This document shows, in pieces, positions 48,560-61,473 of a stretch of 64,000 nucleotides of DNA; the stretch's first letter is position 1; each line of letters starts with the position of its first letter. Both the position numbers and the translations under genes were made by a program. The stretch is from Rhizaria sp. SCN 62-66 (Eukaryota): positions 62,001-126,000 of the forward strand of contig MEDY01000011.1 of the NCBI GenBank assembly GCA_001724265.1, written 5' to 3'. Under the pieces are notes generated by a model. It was not told where the DNA came from and ran no database searches. It saw only the letters and a list, made by a program, of their open reading frames with translations.

Positions 48560-50707
48560 ATGGCGCTTTCTGCGTCCCGTGCGTCCGTGACTCTCCGCAT
48601 AGCCCCTGGCGCGCGCCTGCACCTCGACTCACTGCGCGCCGAGATCTCCACGGCCCTCTCCTGCGGCGCACACGACACGGCCGCGTACCTCGCCCAGCAG
48701 CTCGCCGCGCTCGCCGCGGCCACGCCCGCCGACGCCTTTCTTTGCGCGCTCTGCGACGCGCGCCGCGGCCAGCCCGCTGCCGCCTTCCGCCTCCTCAGCG
48801 AAGCCGGGCTACTGGCGGCTCCCCTGGAGGAGATCGGTCGCGACGCCTTCTTGCGCGCGCGCCTGCTCGCGGCGCAGTGCTGCGCGGCCGTTGGCGACCA
48901 CGCGCTCGTACTCGAAACTGTTGGCGCGACGCACGAGACAGCCGTGGAGACCGCAGGGACGAACGCCGGCGCGTTCCCGGCGCAGCGCCTGCCGCCCCGT
49001 GCCCCTCTCCGCGCCACCGGCGCCGGCGATGCAGCCACCGACAGCAGCAGCTCGATCTCCAGCTCCAGCTCCAGCTCCAGCTTTTCCGCGAGTGCGAGCG
49101 CCGCGGTGGACACGGGCGACGCCCTCGCGGGGCTGCGCGCGCTGCCCGCGCTGCCGCGGTGCCCGCCGCAGCTGCTGCAGGCGCAGATAAGTCACGCGCG
49201 CGCCTCGGCGCTGCTCGCGCGCGGGCACCGCGGCGAGGCGGCGCGTTGGCTCCAACAGGCGCTGCGCTACGATGCCAAGTGCGCTGCAGCGTGGCTTGCG
49301 CTGTGTGAGGCGGAGCTGCTGCCGCCTGCCGAGCTCGCGGCCGTGGCCAAGAGTCTCGCGCTAGCGCCCGCGGATGAGTGGCTGCGGCTGTCCTATCTCA
49401 GCAACGTCGACGCGGACACGCTCGCGGCGTACCACAGCCTGACCAACGCAAACGCAGGGGCCGATGACGTGTCTCGCAGTCTCACCACCAGAGCCACAAA
49501 TGGTGTTTCGACTGCGATCGCTCCCTCAGCCGCGCGCGCGCTGGGCAGCGAGGCCACGTGCCGCTCGCACCTGCTCCTACTGCTCGCGCGACTTGACTCG
49601 TTCCCGGGCGCGCGCGGGCTGGCGTCATCCCCGCCCGCGCTGCTTGCCCATCTGCGCCATAGCTACACGCGCTGCGCCTTCGGCTCCGTCGTCGCCGCGC
49701 ACTCGCGCCTGCGCCAGCGCCAGGGCCCGCTCGCGCCGGGGCTCCCCGAGACGCTCTGCGCACTCACGCTTACGGCGCGCACGGCCGAGCTGGTCTCGCT
49801 CGCGCAGGCCGTCGCCGCTGCGGCGCCAGGTTCCGCGCTCGCGTGGTTCGCTAAGGGCTGCTACGCGGCCGCGCTGGGGGCCTGGGACCGCGCGCTGCCG
49901 CTCTTCCAGCGCGCGCTCGCCGCCAACGCCGCCGCCACGGTCGCCGTGCTGCCCGGCGCCGTGCTTCAGGTCGCGCTCGGCCACGCCTGCGCCGCCCTGC
50001 GCGCGGATGCCGACGCGCTGCTCCACTACCAGCTCGCCGCGCGCGCGGCCCCCGCCTCGGCGGCGCCGCTGGTGGCGCTGGGCGTCGAGCTGCTCGCACA
50101 GGAGCGGCGCGAGGCCGGGCTGGAGGCGCTCGCGCGCGCGGTCGCCCTTGCGCCCGGCGACGCGGCGGGCTGGCACGAGCTGGGCTGCGCGCGCGCGCGC
50201 TGCGGCGACGCGGCGGGCGCGCTGACGGCCGCGGAGACGGCGGCAGCGATCGTGCGCGCGCGCGAGGCCGACGAGGCCCTGGCTGCGCCGAGTGCCGCTG
50301 CGGCGACGGCGACGCAGACTGCTGCTGCTACTGCTGGACAGACAATGAACACGAGTGCCGCTGCCAGTGCCAGCGTGCTGAGCGCGGTGACGAGCGGCGG
50401 CGCGTACTGGGAGCCGGTATTCACGGCGTTGGGCCATGCGCGGCGCCGCCGCGGGGACTTCCTGGGCGCCACCGCGGCCTTCCGCGAGGCGCTGCTGCGC
50501 GCCGACGGGGCCGCGGCGGCGGCGCGTGCGCGGCGGGGGCTGGTGGTGGCGCTGCTGCTGGGCGGCGCCGAGCCGGCCGAGGTGGCGGCGCAGGCGCAGG
50601 CCGTGCTCGCCGTCGACGGCGGCTGCGCAGTCGCCAGGGAAGTGCTTGAGCGGGCCGTCGGGGCCGTGTCCGAGCTGGGGCTGGTCGCGGTGCCGACTAC
50701 GGAGTGA
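48560..50707 (+). CDS. CDC16: Anaphase-promoting complex TPR subunit CDC16/APC6-like, divergent and Ala-rich, 715 aa
   Basis: TPR pattern with APC6-like segments: ALRYDAKC..AW.AL, LAQAV..AAPGSALAWFAKGCY, GWHELG, WEPVFTALGHA.RR. Confidence 0.78.
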   Translation: MALSASRASVTLRIAPGARLHLDSLRAEISTALSCGAHDTAAYLAQQLAALAAATPADAFLCALCDARRGQPAAAFRLLSEAGLLAAPLEEIGRDAFLRARLLAAQCCAAVGDHALVLETVGATHETAVETAGTNAGAFPAQRLPPRAPLRATGAGDAATDSSSSISSSSSSSSFSASASAAVDTGDALAGLRALPALPRCPPQLLQAQISHARASALLARGHRGEAARWLQQALRYDAKCAAAWLALCEAELLPPAELAAVAKSLALAPADEWLRLSYLSNVDADTLAAYHSLTNANAGADDVSRSLTTRATNGVSTAIAPSAARALGSEATCRSHLLLLLARLDSFPGARGLASSPPALLAHLRHSYTRCAFGSVVAAHSRLRQRQGPLAPGLPETLCALTLTARTAELVSLAQAVAAAAPGSALAWFAKGCYAAALGAWDRALPLFQRALAANAAATVAVLPGAVLQVALGHACAALRADADALLHYQLAARAAPASAAPLVALGVELLAQERREAGLEALARAVALAPGDAAGWHELGCARARCGDAAGALTAAETAAAIVRAREADEALAAPSAAAATATQTAAATAGQTMNTSAAASASVLSAVTSGGAYWEPVFTALGHARRRRGDFLGATAAFREALLRADGAAAAARARRGLVVALLLGGAEPAEVAAQAQAVLAVDGGCAVAREVLERAVGAVSELGLVAVPTTE

Positions 50708-51320
50708 GCGCGGGCGGGGTAGCGGCTGTGCTGGGACATGTGACAGATACGACTTGCGAAGATAGGGCAGGGCCGATTCTCGCTAGAGTTGCGAGGCATA
50801 TGGAATAAAAATAAATTAGTGACTTGTTTTCAAGTATGATGTTTACTGAAATAATCAATTTAAACTCGAAGTAGTCTGTGTCATGCCGGTGCACTCCGAA
50901 ATTTGTGATTAAATCAAGAGTTACACTGTTTGTGGCACCGCGCCAGACTGCGGCGGCTGGCTGACCGCAGAGGCCGTTGTTGCGAGGCCCGGACCTCGTT
51001 GTGGGGATTTGAAGTTCACGCAATGCATAGAGGTGCTTAGACGATAAAATCGGTTTGAATAACAACTTCACTGCACGTTATATATTGAATTTGAAATTGA
51101 ACGTTTCAACTTGCTCAGGATCCTCCTCTCAGGACATGTCATTCTGAGCCAAGTCTCCCGCCCAACTGCTTGCCTGTCTCACCCACCATATCCACCCTCA
51201 CACTTTTTGCATGTCACTGATGATACCACCACAGGCCTGTCGCAACAGTCACACATCGTGAAACACCCGTGGTATCCTTAATAATCCTTATCTGCGTTCT
51301 TCGAAGTCCGAACTGGCGAC

Positions 51321-52045
51321 ATGTTCACCCCGGCCCCGCCGCGCTCGTCCTCGGCGCTGCTCCCGCCGCTGCCCGCCGGCCTCGCCTCGGCTGTCGCGCC
51401 ACACCGCCGCGCCTTTCCCGGCGCGCCCGCGGCCCCTTTTTTTACCCCCGCGCGCTCTGGCCCCGCTGCCGGCGCGCCGGGGCTCGCCGCGTCCCCGTCC
51501 TTCACCGCCGGCGTGCACGCTGCGCCCCACGCCGCCGTAGCCGCGCTGCCGCCCGCGGACGCCGCCGCCGCGTCCGCGCTCGCCCGCCGCTTCGCGCTCG
51601 TGCTGCAACCCTCCAGCGCGGACGCCGCCCCGTTCCCGTTCCCCTTCGCGCCCGCCCCGAGCGGCAGCAGCGCCCCCGCGGTGACCCCGCAACAGCCCAG
51701 CGACGTCGCGTCTATCGCCTCCACCACCGCCGCTGCCGCCGCCAGCGCGTCTGCGGTCGCCGCGAGCGCCGGCCTCGTGGCCCCGCAGCCGGGTGACCTG
51801 GCGGGTGTCTGGCATTACTCCCCTGCGCCTGCGGTTGCCGCTGAGAGCGACGTTGCCCCCGATTCCGACTCTGCCGCGACCGCTGCCGATCTCGAAGCTG
51901 AGGCCGAGGCCGAAGCTGAGGCGGCGGCGACGCTGCCCGGTGTTTACTGGTGCGCGCCTGCCGCCGCGCCGCACCGGCTTACGGTCTTGCTGCTGCCCTC
52001 CGCTGCCGCGGCCTCCGCTGCCGCCGCCGCTGCCGCCACCAGCTC

Positions 52046-52079
<34 letters not shown>

Positions 52080-55000
52080 GGCGGTGGCGGTGGCGCGTAC
52101 AATGCCTCAGCCGCGAGCGCGAGTGCTGCAAGCGCCGGCGCTGGCGCTGGTCTCGGCGCGGGCCCGCTGTTGCTAACCCCGCGCACAGTCACCCTGCCCA
52201 CGCGCGTTACCGCCGTGACCGCCTTCGCCACCGCCGCCGCCTCGACCGACTCCGCCGCCGGCTCACTGTCACAGGAGGACTGCGGGTCTCTAGCGGTGAC
52301 CGGCGCCTGCGCTGCCGTGCGGTCGGTCGTCTCGGTTGCCGTGGCCACGGTTTGCGGCAGCGTGTTCATCGTTGACCCGTACACGGGCGCGTGTACCGCA
52401 CACGTGCGCGCTCTCAACAGCAGCAACAGCAACAGTAGCGTTTACAGTGACAATGATGCCGCTGCTACGGGTGGTAACACGCATGTGTTCACTCACATCG
52501 TTGCGCTGCCGTTCGTCGACCTCGAGGCCGCTCTCGCCGCGCGCTCCCCGGCCAACTACCGCCACAATCAGAATGACAACAACAGCAGCCAAAACACTCC
52601 GAGTACCGGCTCGCAGGGCCAGCGCACGCCGCCGCGTCTGACGCCCCCGCGCCCCACGCTGACCCTTACGCCCACGTCGACCTCGACTTTGAGCTCAGGC
52701 TCGGGCGCCATGAGCAGTGCCGTTTCGACCTCTAGTCGCAGCCTCAGCGGCGGGTCGAGTGCGGGTGCGAGGGCGAGGGCCGATGTCAGCAGCCGCCGCG
52801 GCAACAACCACCTCATCGCCCTCGTCGCCGTCGCCGCCGCGGCGGCCCCCGCTGCTTCTCACGGCGGCTACAATGACGACGACGAGGACAACGGGCCCGC
52901 GCCCCTGCTCACAGTCACCCTCGCCGCCTCGGCGACCACGTTCCTGGGCGGCGCGCTGACTGTGGCGCACCGCGGCGCGGGTCACCCGCTCGACGCGCGC
53001 CCGGCCCCGCTGGCCGCCCCCACCGGCGCAGTGCTGCTCCGCACCGCCGCGCGCCACAGCCCAAGCATTAGCGCCGCGAGCGTGAGCGCGATTGAGTCCG
53101 CTGTCAGAGGCGGCGCGGCGGCGGCGGACCCAGGCTCGGTGCCGGCCGCGGCGTGCGCGTCCGAGTGGCTCGTCGTCACACCGCTGGGCGCCACGCTCGC
53201 GCGCGGCCCGGCACTCGACGCCGCGCTTGCGCTTGCGGACGGCACGCGGTGGGTCGCCGCCGCTCACGGTCACTTCCCCCAGGGCAGTCACGTTCACGGT
53301 CACGGGCAAGGGCACGGGCTCAGCCAGGGACAGGGTCGTGTTGCAGTTGCGATCGCTGTGCCTTCTCAGGCTGCTGACAACGACTCACACGGTCACTCTG
53401 CTGTGGGCGACGCGAGGCGGCCTAAATTCCTGCTCTGGAGCGTCGACTCCTACGTCAACCCCTTTGCCGACTCCTCGAGCAACAACACCCATATCGCTGA
53501 CGCGGCTGCCGCTGAGGGCGGTGTTGGCGTGCCGGTGCCGATTGCAACGCTGCACGCCTGCTACCGCCCGCGGCCCCGCGCGCGCCCCCGCGCCCGCGCC
53601 CGCGCCGTCTCGCTCTCCAGCGCTGTGTCCAGCCCTAGCTCTGGGTCTGGCTCGGGCTCAGTGTCGAGCCCTGGGTCGAGCCCGAGTCAGGGTATGGACG
53701 TGACGCCGCCGCGCGGCGCCCGCAGCAGCACCGCCGACGCCGCCTACGAGAACGACGAGGATGACGGCGAGGACGAGGAAGGCTGCGTGGTGCTCCCGAC
53801 GACGTTATCCCTGCCGCTGCTGCCCCCCGGCTTAACTTCCTGCCCCATGCTGCGTCTGCTCACGGTCACACCGCTCTCCGCCACCGCCACCGCCAGCAGT
53901 GCGACTGCGACTCCGTGTGCGGCGACTGGGGGCCGAGTCTCTGGCCCCGTCGTCTTTACACTCAGCGCGACCTTCGCCGATCTCAGCGCCTCCAGCGCCG
54001 CCTCTGGTGCGAATGCCCAGTCTACCACGGCTCGCGCGCGCTGCTCCTGCCCGCCCGGCGCTTGGGCCTGCGCCCAGACCGCAGCCGCCGCCCCCAGTGC
54101 CACTACGTTCGCGATTGTGACGGCGGCTGATATGGCGTCCACAGTCACCTTGGCCTGGGCCGTCACGGCGGATCTCTCCCAGCTCCCGCTGCCGCCCTCA
54201 GCTTTCACCACCCCGGCCACGACCGCGGCTGCTTCTGCCCACAGCCTCTCGGCGGCCGAGAGCGCGGCGGGCCGCTTCCACCGCGCGCTGCTGCCCTCCG
54301 AGCCCGTCACCACGTACCACGCGCTCCCCGCGCCGCGCCTCGCCGCACACCCACACAACAACCGTTGCAATGGCAGCTTCGGAGTGCCAATGGTGTTTGC
54401 CGGCCTCGCGGTGGCGGCCGCCGCCTCCGTGCAATGCCCCGTGGCCGCCGCCGCTGCCACCGCGTGCGCGCTCCTCTCATACCCCTCTAGCAGCGTTGCT
54501 GAGCTCGCGACAAAGGGCAGCAAGCGCGGCGCTGCTGCCGCTGTTACGACTGCGAACGGTGCTGTTGTGGACGTGCCGCAGCTGCACGGCGACTCGGCGT
54601 GGGCGCGCTGCCTCCGCTCCCGTGCGCTGTCGCTCACGCTCGCCCCACTCTGGCTCCCCGCGCCTGCCCCGGTCCCGGCCCCCGCCCCCTCTTCTGACGC
54701 CGCCCTGGGCGCTGAATCGACTGCGACTGCGGTGTCCGCGAGCGCGAGTGCGACTGCAAGCCCACGTGCTCTGATCACGCAGCACAGCTACGCGGCCCCG
54801 CGCGCGTCGGTGCTGGCCGCGCTGTCCGCCGCCGCCGCCGCTGCCCCGCGCGCACTGCTCGCCCCGCTCGCGCCCGTGGCCTTCGCCGCCGCCGCCGCCG
54901 CGGGCCTGCTCCCTCTCTCAGCCTTCCTGCACTTCGCCTCATCTTCCTCCGGTTCCGCCGCTGCTTCGGCGGTGCATAGCCCCGGGCGCGGCGGCGGGCT

Positions 55001-58000
55001 CGCGGGCGCCGGCATCGGGGCGGCGGCCGTCACCGCGGCACTCAAGTCGCTCGCGGACCCCGATCTGTGGGCTAGCGCAGAGCCCGTGAGCCTCGCATCG
55101 GCATCGAGCTCGACTGCCAGCGCGAGCGAGAGTGCGACTGCGAGCGCTGGCCGCGGCAGTGGTTACGGCGTCAGCTACATGCGCACCCCCGGCCCCTCCG
55201 CGACCCCCGCACCCAGCCACAACCACAGCTCGAGCTTCAGCTCGAGCTCCAGTTCTAGTTCTAGTGGGTCGACAGTTGGCACCGGGCCGGCCGCAGCCGT
55301 GACGGCGGCGCTCTGGCTACTGCGCCTACTCGCCCTCGCCGCCCCCGCCGCCGCGGCCGCTGGCTCCGGCTCTGGTTCTAGCTCTGGCTCTAGCGCGGGG
55401 GCGGGCGCGGGCGTGCTCGTGGGCTTGGCTCTGGCCCCGGCGACCGGCGCCAGTGGCGCTCACTCCGCCGTTGCGCTCAGCCTCCCTGCTTCCGTTGCGT
55501 CTTCGACTGAGGAAGCTGTCGCCGCGACTGTGTACGCGCTGGCGCAGCTGCCCGGCTACGCTTGGATCCTTAACAACAACAACAACATCAGCAACAACAA
55601 CAGCAATGCCGGGGGGCTCGGTGCCAGTCTTGCGCGCAGTGCGCCGTTCGCGCTCCCCGCGCTGCGTCTACAGCCCGGCTGCATTGCTGCCGCGGCCTCC
55701 GCCTCCGCCGCGGTTGCAGCGTGCGCCGCTGCGCTCTCCACGCTGTCCGCGTCGCTCAAGCTCACGGCCGCGCCCGACGCCGCCTCGCTACCACTCTACG
55801 CTCCTGCGCCCGCGCCCGCCACCGCGGCTTCCGTCGCCGCGGCCGCCGTCGCCGCCGGCGGCTTCGGCGTTGGCCTGGGCTTCGGCCTCAGCGGCGCTGA
55901 CCTGCGCGCGCCGCGCTTCCTGCTCCCGTCGGTGGGCCAGTTCTACCTCCTCGCGCTGTCACAGGCCGCCGGCGCCGCGCTGTCCGTCGCGCCGTTGCTC
56001 GCCGTGCCCGCCCCGCAGGCCCGCGGCACCGCCGCCCGGGGCGCGCTCGCCGCCGCGCGCGCGCAGGCCTCGGCCGCGGCGGCGCTGCTGCTGGCGCTGG
56101 CCCGCGCGCGTCCGCCCGCCGCCGCTGCCGCCCGGTCCGCCCCCGCAGGCGCCGCATCCTGGGAGGCCGTCGGCATTGCACTCGTCGCCGCACTGGCCAC
56201 GGCCGACGCCGCCGCGCTCGCGCTCGCGCTCACGGACCCCGCGGCCGCCGCAGACGCCGAGGCCGCTGGCTCTGTGCGCGCCCGGGCACCAGCCGGGGCC
56301 ACGCTCGCGGGCAGGCGGCTTGACTTCCTGCGCGCCACGCTCAGCGGCGACGCCACATCAGCCGTCACCGCGCCGCCCACGGCCGCCGTCTCCGCGACGA
56401 GCGACGACGACGACGATGACGCTGACACAGTTGCGTGCACGGCCAACGGGTTCGGACCCATGCTTGCACTGCTCTGGGACTGCCTCCCCGCCGCCAGCGC
56501 CACTGCGAACGCCAACGGCAACAGTGCTGCTACTGTGCGCCCGCGGTCGCCCGCCGCCGCCGTCGCCGCGCTGGCCCGCGGCGCGCTGACGCCCTTCACG
56601 CTCTTTATGCCGCTGCTCGTGGCCTTCAGCGACTCGCTTGCCCCCGGCTCAGCCTCCGCCTCAGCCGCTGCCGCGCCCGCTGTCGGCGCGGCCGCCGCGG
56701 GCGCCAGCGCGGGCGCGGGCGCGGTTGGCGCGCTGCTATGCGCCTACGCCCACGTGCGCTCGTTCCACGGCCTGCTGTGGAGCGCTTCAGCGGCTTCCGC
56801 CGGCGCCCCCGCCGTCGCCGCGGCAGTCACCTCCGCGCTCGCGCTACCCCGCGCCACGGCCGCGCTCGCCGCCGCCGTGGCCGCTGCGGACGCGCTGCCC
56901 TACGCCGCTGCGATCGCCGCATCTGACACCAAGGCTGACGCTGAGGCTGACGCTGAGGCGGAGGCGGAGGCGCTGGCGTGCCACTTCGCCGTCGCCGCGG
57001 CCGCCGACGCGAGCGATCCCCCGCTCGTCCTGCCCACCGCGCTCACCGCCGCTGCTGCTGTCGGCAGCGCCGCTACTATGGGCGAGGCGGGGGCGCGCGG
57101 CCTGCTGCACGCGCCCGCGGCCACGGGCCTCGCGCTCCCTCGCGGCGCGCTGCCCGCCGCAGCCGCCGCGCTTGCCGCCAGCACTGTCGCCGCGGGCGCC
57201 GCGGCCGCTGCTCTCGGCGGCGGCGGCGGCGCGACTGTGAGTGCGAACGTGTCGTGGCCGCTGCCGGCGCTATCGGTCACGGCCGAGGCGCTGCAGCCGT
57301 ACATGGCCGCCGTCGTTTGCGACCGCATGCTCGCTCCTTCGCCCGTGTCAACGCTGCACGGCGGCGCGCCGCTGCCGCGCTACTGCGACGCGCTTGGCGC
57401 GCTATGGGCGCGGCTCGGCGCCCCGCTGGCCCCGCCCGCGCGCGCGCACTCGCCATGCGCCGACGCCGCCCTCGCCGCGTTGCTGGCCGCTGCCGCCGCC
57501 ACTGCGCCGGGCGCTACGGCCTCCGCCGCTGCCGCGCGCGGCGTGTCGAGCGCCGTGCACTCGCTCGCGCTCGCGCTTAAAGCCCGCGCGCGCGCCCTCG
57601 CCCTCGCCCCCGCCGCGCGCCAGCCGACTGCTACCCCTGTCGGTGCCGCAGGCGACGGTGCGGTGGACGGCGGCAGCGCGGTCGCGGCGGCCGCCCTGGT
57701 GCGCGCGCAGCTAGCGCTGTGGGCGCGCGTGTGGCTCGTGCTCGGCGGCCGCGCCGCCGCCGCGCCCGCCGTCGCCACCGAGCTGCTTGCGACCCGGCTG
57801 GGCGTTGACGAGGCCGAGGCGTTCGCCACCGCGATTGCCGTTGCCGCCGCCAACGCGGCCTCAGCCGCCGACACCGCCGACGCCGCGGGCGCCGGGGAAG
57901 CCGCGGAGCAGTGCGATGCCACGGCGGCGGCGCTGCTGACGGTGCTTTGCCGCCTGCTGCTGCCGCGCGCGTTCCCGCTCTGCGTGCCCGCGCTCGCCGC

Positions 58001-61000
58001 GCTGGCGCCCACGTTGACGCACCCGGCCTTGGCGCCGCGACTGCCCGCGGGGCTCATCACCGAGGTCGCCGCCGCGCTCACCGAGGCCCTCGGCGCGGCC
58101 GGCGCCGCCGCGACATGCCCGCCCCTCGCCGACGCCGCTGCGCGCGCGCCGCTGTCGGACGCGCTCGCCGCGCTGCCCGCCGCCGTCGCGGCCGCGTGCG
58201 GCGGCGGCGGCTCGCTGCTCACGACCGCTGTGCTCGCCGCCGCCGCTGCCGACGCTAGCGCCAACGCCACTGCATCTGCGACTACTCTTAACACTAGCAG
58301 CATCAGCAGCAGCAGTGTGGAGGGCGCGGTGGGCTCGCTGCCCGGCATCCTCGCGTTCGCGCTTGCCTCCGGCCCCGTGGCCGCGGCCGCCGGCGCCGCG
58401 TGCGCGCCCCGGGCCTTCTCGGTCGCGGCCGTCTCCGCCGCCGCCGCCGCGACGGCTGCGGCCTGCGCGCGCGGGCTGACGCGGCTCGCGGCCACGCTGG
58501 TGCCTACCGGCGCGCGAGCTCTGGCGACTGCGCTGATGACCCCCGCGCCGTCGCTGGCCGACGAGGCCTCCGCCGTCGCCGCCGCCGCCGCGGGCGCGCG
58601 GGCGCCGCTGAATCCCACTGTCGCGCTCGCGTCTGCAGCGGCCACCGCGGCCGCCGTCGCCACTTTCGGCGCAGCGCCCGCGCTTGTCGCACGCTCACAC
58701 GTGCCTGCGTCGCCGGCTCCCATCTCCGCTGCTCACAGTCACGCACACCCTACTACTGTCGCTGCTATTGCGCTCCCCGCCACGCCGATGCGCCATGTCT
58801 CCGGCGTCGAGCGAGGCGGCCTGACTTCCGCGCGCCGCTCGCGCCCCGGCTGGGCGTCGGCCTTCGCCTCGGAGGACACTCCCGCTGCCGCCAGCGCGGC
58901 GGGCGCGAGTCATGCCCCGGTCGCAAGCAACACACCTGCGCCTGCGCCTGTGAGAGTCTCTGTCACCGCGCCCGCCGCCGCTGCAGCTAGAGCGATGGCT
59001 GATGACGATGACGTCGACGACTACGACGACGGCAGCAGCGGCAGCAAGAGTTCTAACGTGGTCGCCACTCCCGTCCGCCCCCGCGGCCCCGTCGCGGCCA
59101 GCGCCGCCGCTGCTGGCTCCAATGTCCTCCTGACCCCGGCGCCGTCTGCGTCGAGTGGTGTTCCGGGCACTGTGACGGCCACGGCGCGCAAGCTCGCCCG
59201 CGGCGCCATGAGCCTCCTCTCGGGCGGCTTTGGCCTCTGGGGCGCGCGGACGCCCGCGCCTGCCGCCGCCGCCGCCGCCGCCGCGGACTCGGATTCCGAG
59301 TCCGAGACTGAGCCGGAGCCGGAGCGCGAGTCAGCGCGTGAAGCCGAGGGCCACGTGCGCAAGCGCAGCCGCAGCCGCAGTCGCGCCGACGGTGATCTCA
59401 ACGACGATGACGACGTCGAGGTCCAGCTCGCGCCGCCCGCGAGCGCCAGCGCGAGTGCAAGTGCGAGCGCGAGTGCGAGTAAGAGCGCATTGCATGACAG
59501 CGAGGATGAGGACTATCGCGGCCACAGCCACGACGACGGCAGCGGCGGAGAGGACGAAGAAGGGGAAGAAGACGAGGAGCGCGATGACCGCGACCGCGAC
59601 CGCAATAATGAGGAAGAGGAAGAGGAGGAGGAGGAATACTATGACGATGAGGAGGAGGAGGACTGGACCAAGCACGGCAACTTCCCCGCCGACCTCAAGC
59701 TCGCGCTGCCCAAGATCACCCCGTTCGAGTTCTCTTTCGGCGGCGCATCGCCCAAGAATGCCGACGCCGATGCCGCCTCTGACGCTGATGATCAGGCTGA
59801 GGATGCCAAGAAGACTCAGGCGAAGGGCAAGGGTAAGGGCAAGGCGCAGTCAGTCAATATGACTGTCTCTGCCTCCGTCTCATCATCATCGTCGTCGTCT
59901 GTGACCAGCACCAGCACGGCTGCGAGCACGAGCTCCAAGTCAAGAGTCGGCGCGAGTGCGAACAGCGCGCCCGTCGCCTCCGCTGCCGCCGCCACTGCCG
60001 CCGCTGCTGCTGCTGCTGCAGCCGCCGCCGCTGTCCCCGTGTCCGAATCTGACGAGGACGAGGACGAGGACGACGACAACGCCGCCGCTGTCTCCACCCC
60101 GCCCGGGACTACGCGCAGCCGCGCGCGCCGCCCCGCCGCCGCCTCCGCGTCCGCGGTTCCCGCTGCCGTCGTGCTCTCTGCCCGGAAGACCCGCGGCGAG
60201 CGCTCGCGCACCGCATCTGCCGCTACTCCTGCCGCTGCCGCGCCTCCCGCGCCTGCGACTGGCCGCGGCAAGGCGGCTGCGGCCCCCACCAGTGTCCCCG
60301 CTACTGCCGCCGCTGCCGTTTCGGCGCCGAGGACCTCGCGCGGCAAGCGCGCCGCCGTGGCCGCGCCAGTGATCGAGGAGAGCGAGAACGAAAGCGAGGA
60401 TGGAGACGATGCCGTTAAGAACTACAAGGCTAAGTCCGAGTCCGAGTCCGAGGAGAAGTCGGAGGCTGAGGCTGAGGCCGCGCCCGCCAAGGGCCGGGGC
60501 CGTGCGAAGGCCGCCGCTTCTGCCAAGGCTGCGCCTGCTGCTGCCGCGCCTTCTAAGGCTGCTGCTGCGGCGGCGGCAAAGGCAGAGAAGGCCGCTGCTG
60601 CGGCCGCTGCCAAGGCTGCGAGAGCTGAGGCCGCCGCTGCTGCCAAGGCCGAGGCTGAGGCCGCTGCTGCCGCCGCTGCCGCCGCCGCTGCTGCTGCCTT
60701 GAAGGGCCGCGGCGCACGCGCTCGCACCCCCGCCGCGCCTGCTGCTGCTGCTGTTTTTGAGCCTGCTGCCCCCGCGCCCCGCAGTCGCCGCGCCACCCCC
60801 GCCGCTGCCGCTGCAGCTGCCGCTGAGGCCGAGGCCGAGGAGGATGTTGAGGCGAAGGCTCCAGCCAAGCGCGGCCGTGCTGCCAGCGCCAACTCGCAGT
60901 CTGCGAATGCCAAGGCTGCCGCTGCCGCCGACGCGGATGCGAACGCCGAAGCTGCTCCGAAGGGTCGCAAGGCTGCGTCTGCTACCAAATCGGCCGCCAA

Positions 61001-61145
61001 GATTGCGGCCGCGGCTGCTGTGGAGGCCAAGCCTGCTGCTCGCAGCCGCGGTGCCAAGACGGCTGCTAAAGCTGAGGAGTCTGAGGAGGAGGAAGAAGAA
61101 GAGACTGCTAAGAAGGCAACAGTGCGTCGCAGTGCGCGCCGCTAA
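51321..61145 (+). CDS. Very large Ala-rich protein of unknown function with an acidic block and a basic Lys/Arg/Ala-rich tail, 3274 aa
   Basis: Uninterrupted 9.8-kb ATG-initiated ORF flanked by AT-richer spacers, ending TAA. No domain recognised with confidence. Confidence 0.75.
52050..52076. repeat. (AGC)9 repeat encoding poly-Ser
   Basis: Nine consecutive AGC units inside the 3274-aa ORF. Confidence 0.88.
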
Positions 61146-61473
61146 ATGAACAAAAGACGAACAAGTGAACTTGCTGCTGAGAACGCAAACTTAACTAATC
61201 CAAACATCTAATACTAGTATTTACTTTATGCCTCATAAGAATATCAACAGCAATGTCTGTATAATACAAAATTACAAGCTTCGCATCCATTTCGTTTGCT
61301 TCCAATCAATATAATGTATGTAGTGTAAGAACGCAAATGTTAGAAGTAGTCAATAAGGTGGGCGCCTATAATCACGGGGAAAACAACAAACGCCGAGACT
61401 TAACAAACTCTGTTACCTGGCCCCATAGCCTAATGTGACAACATTCATAAAATAAAATATGCTTATAACGTGT

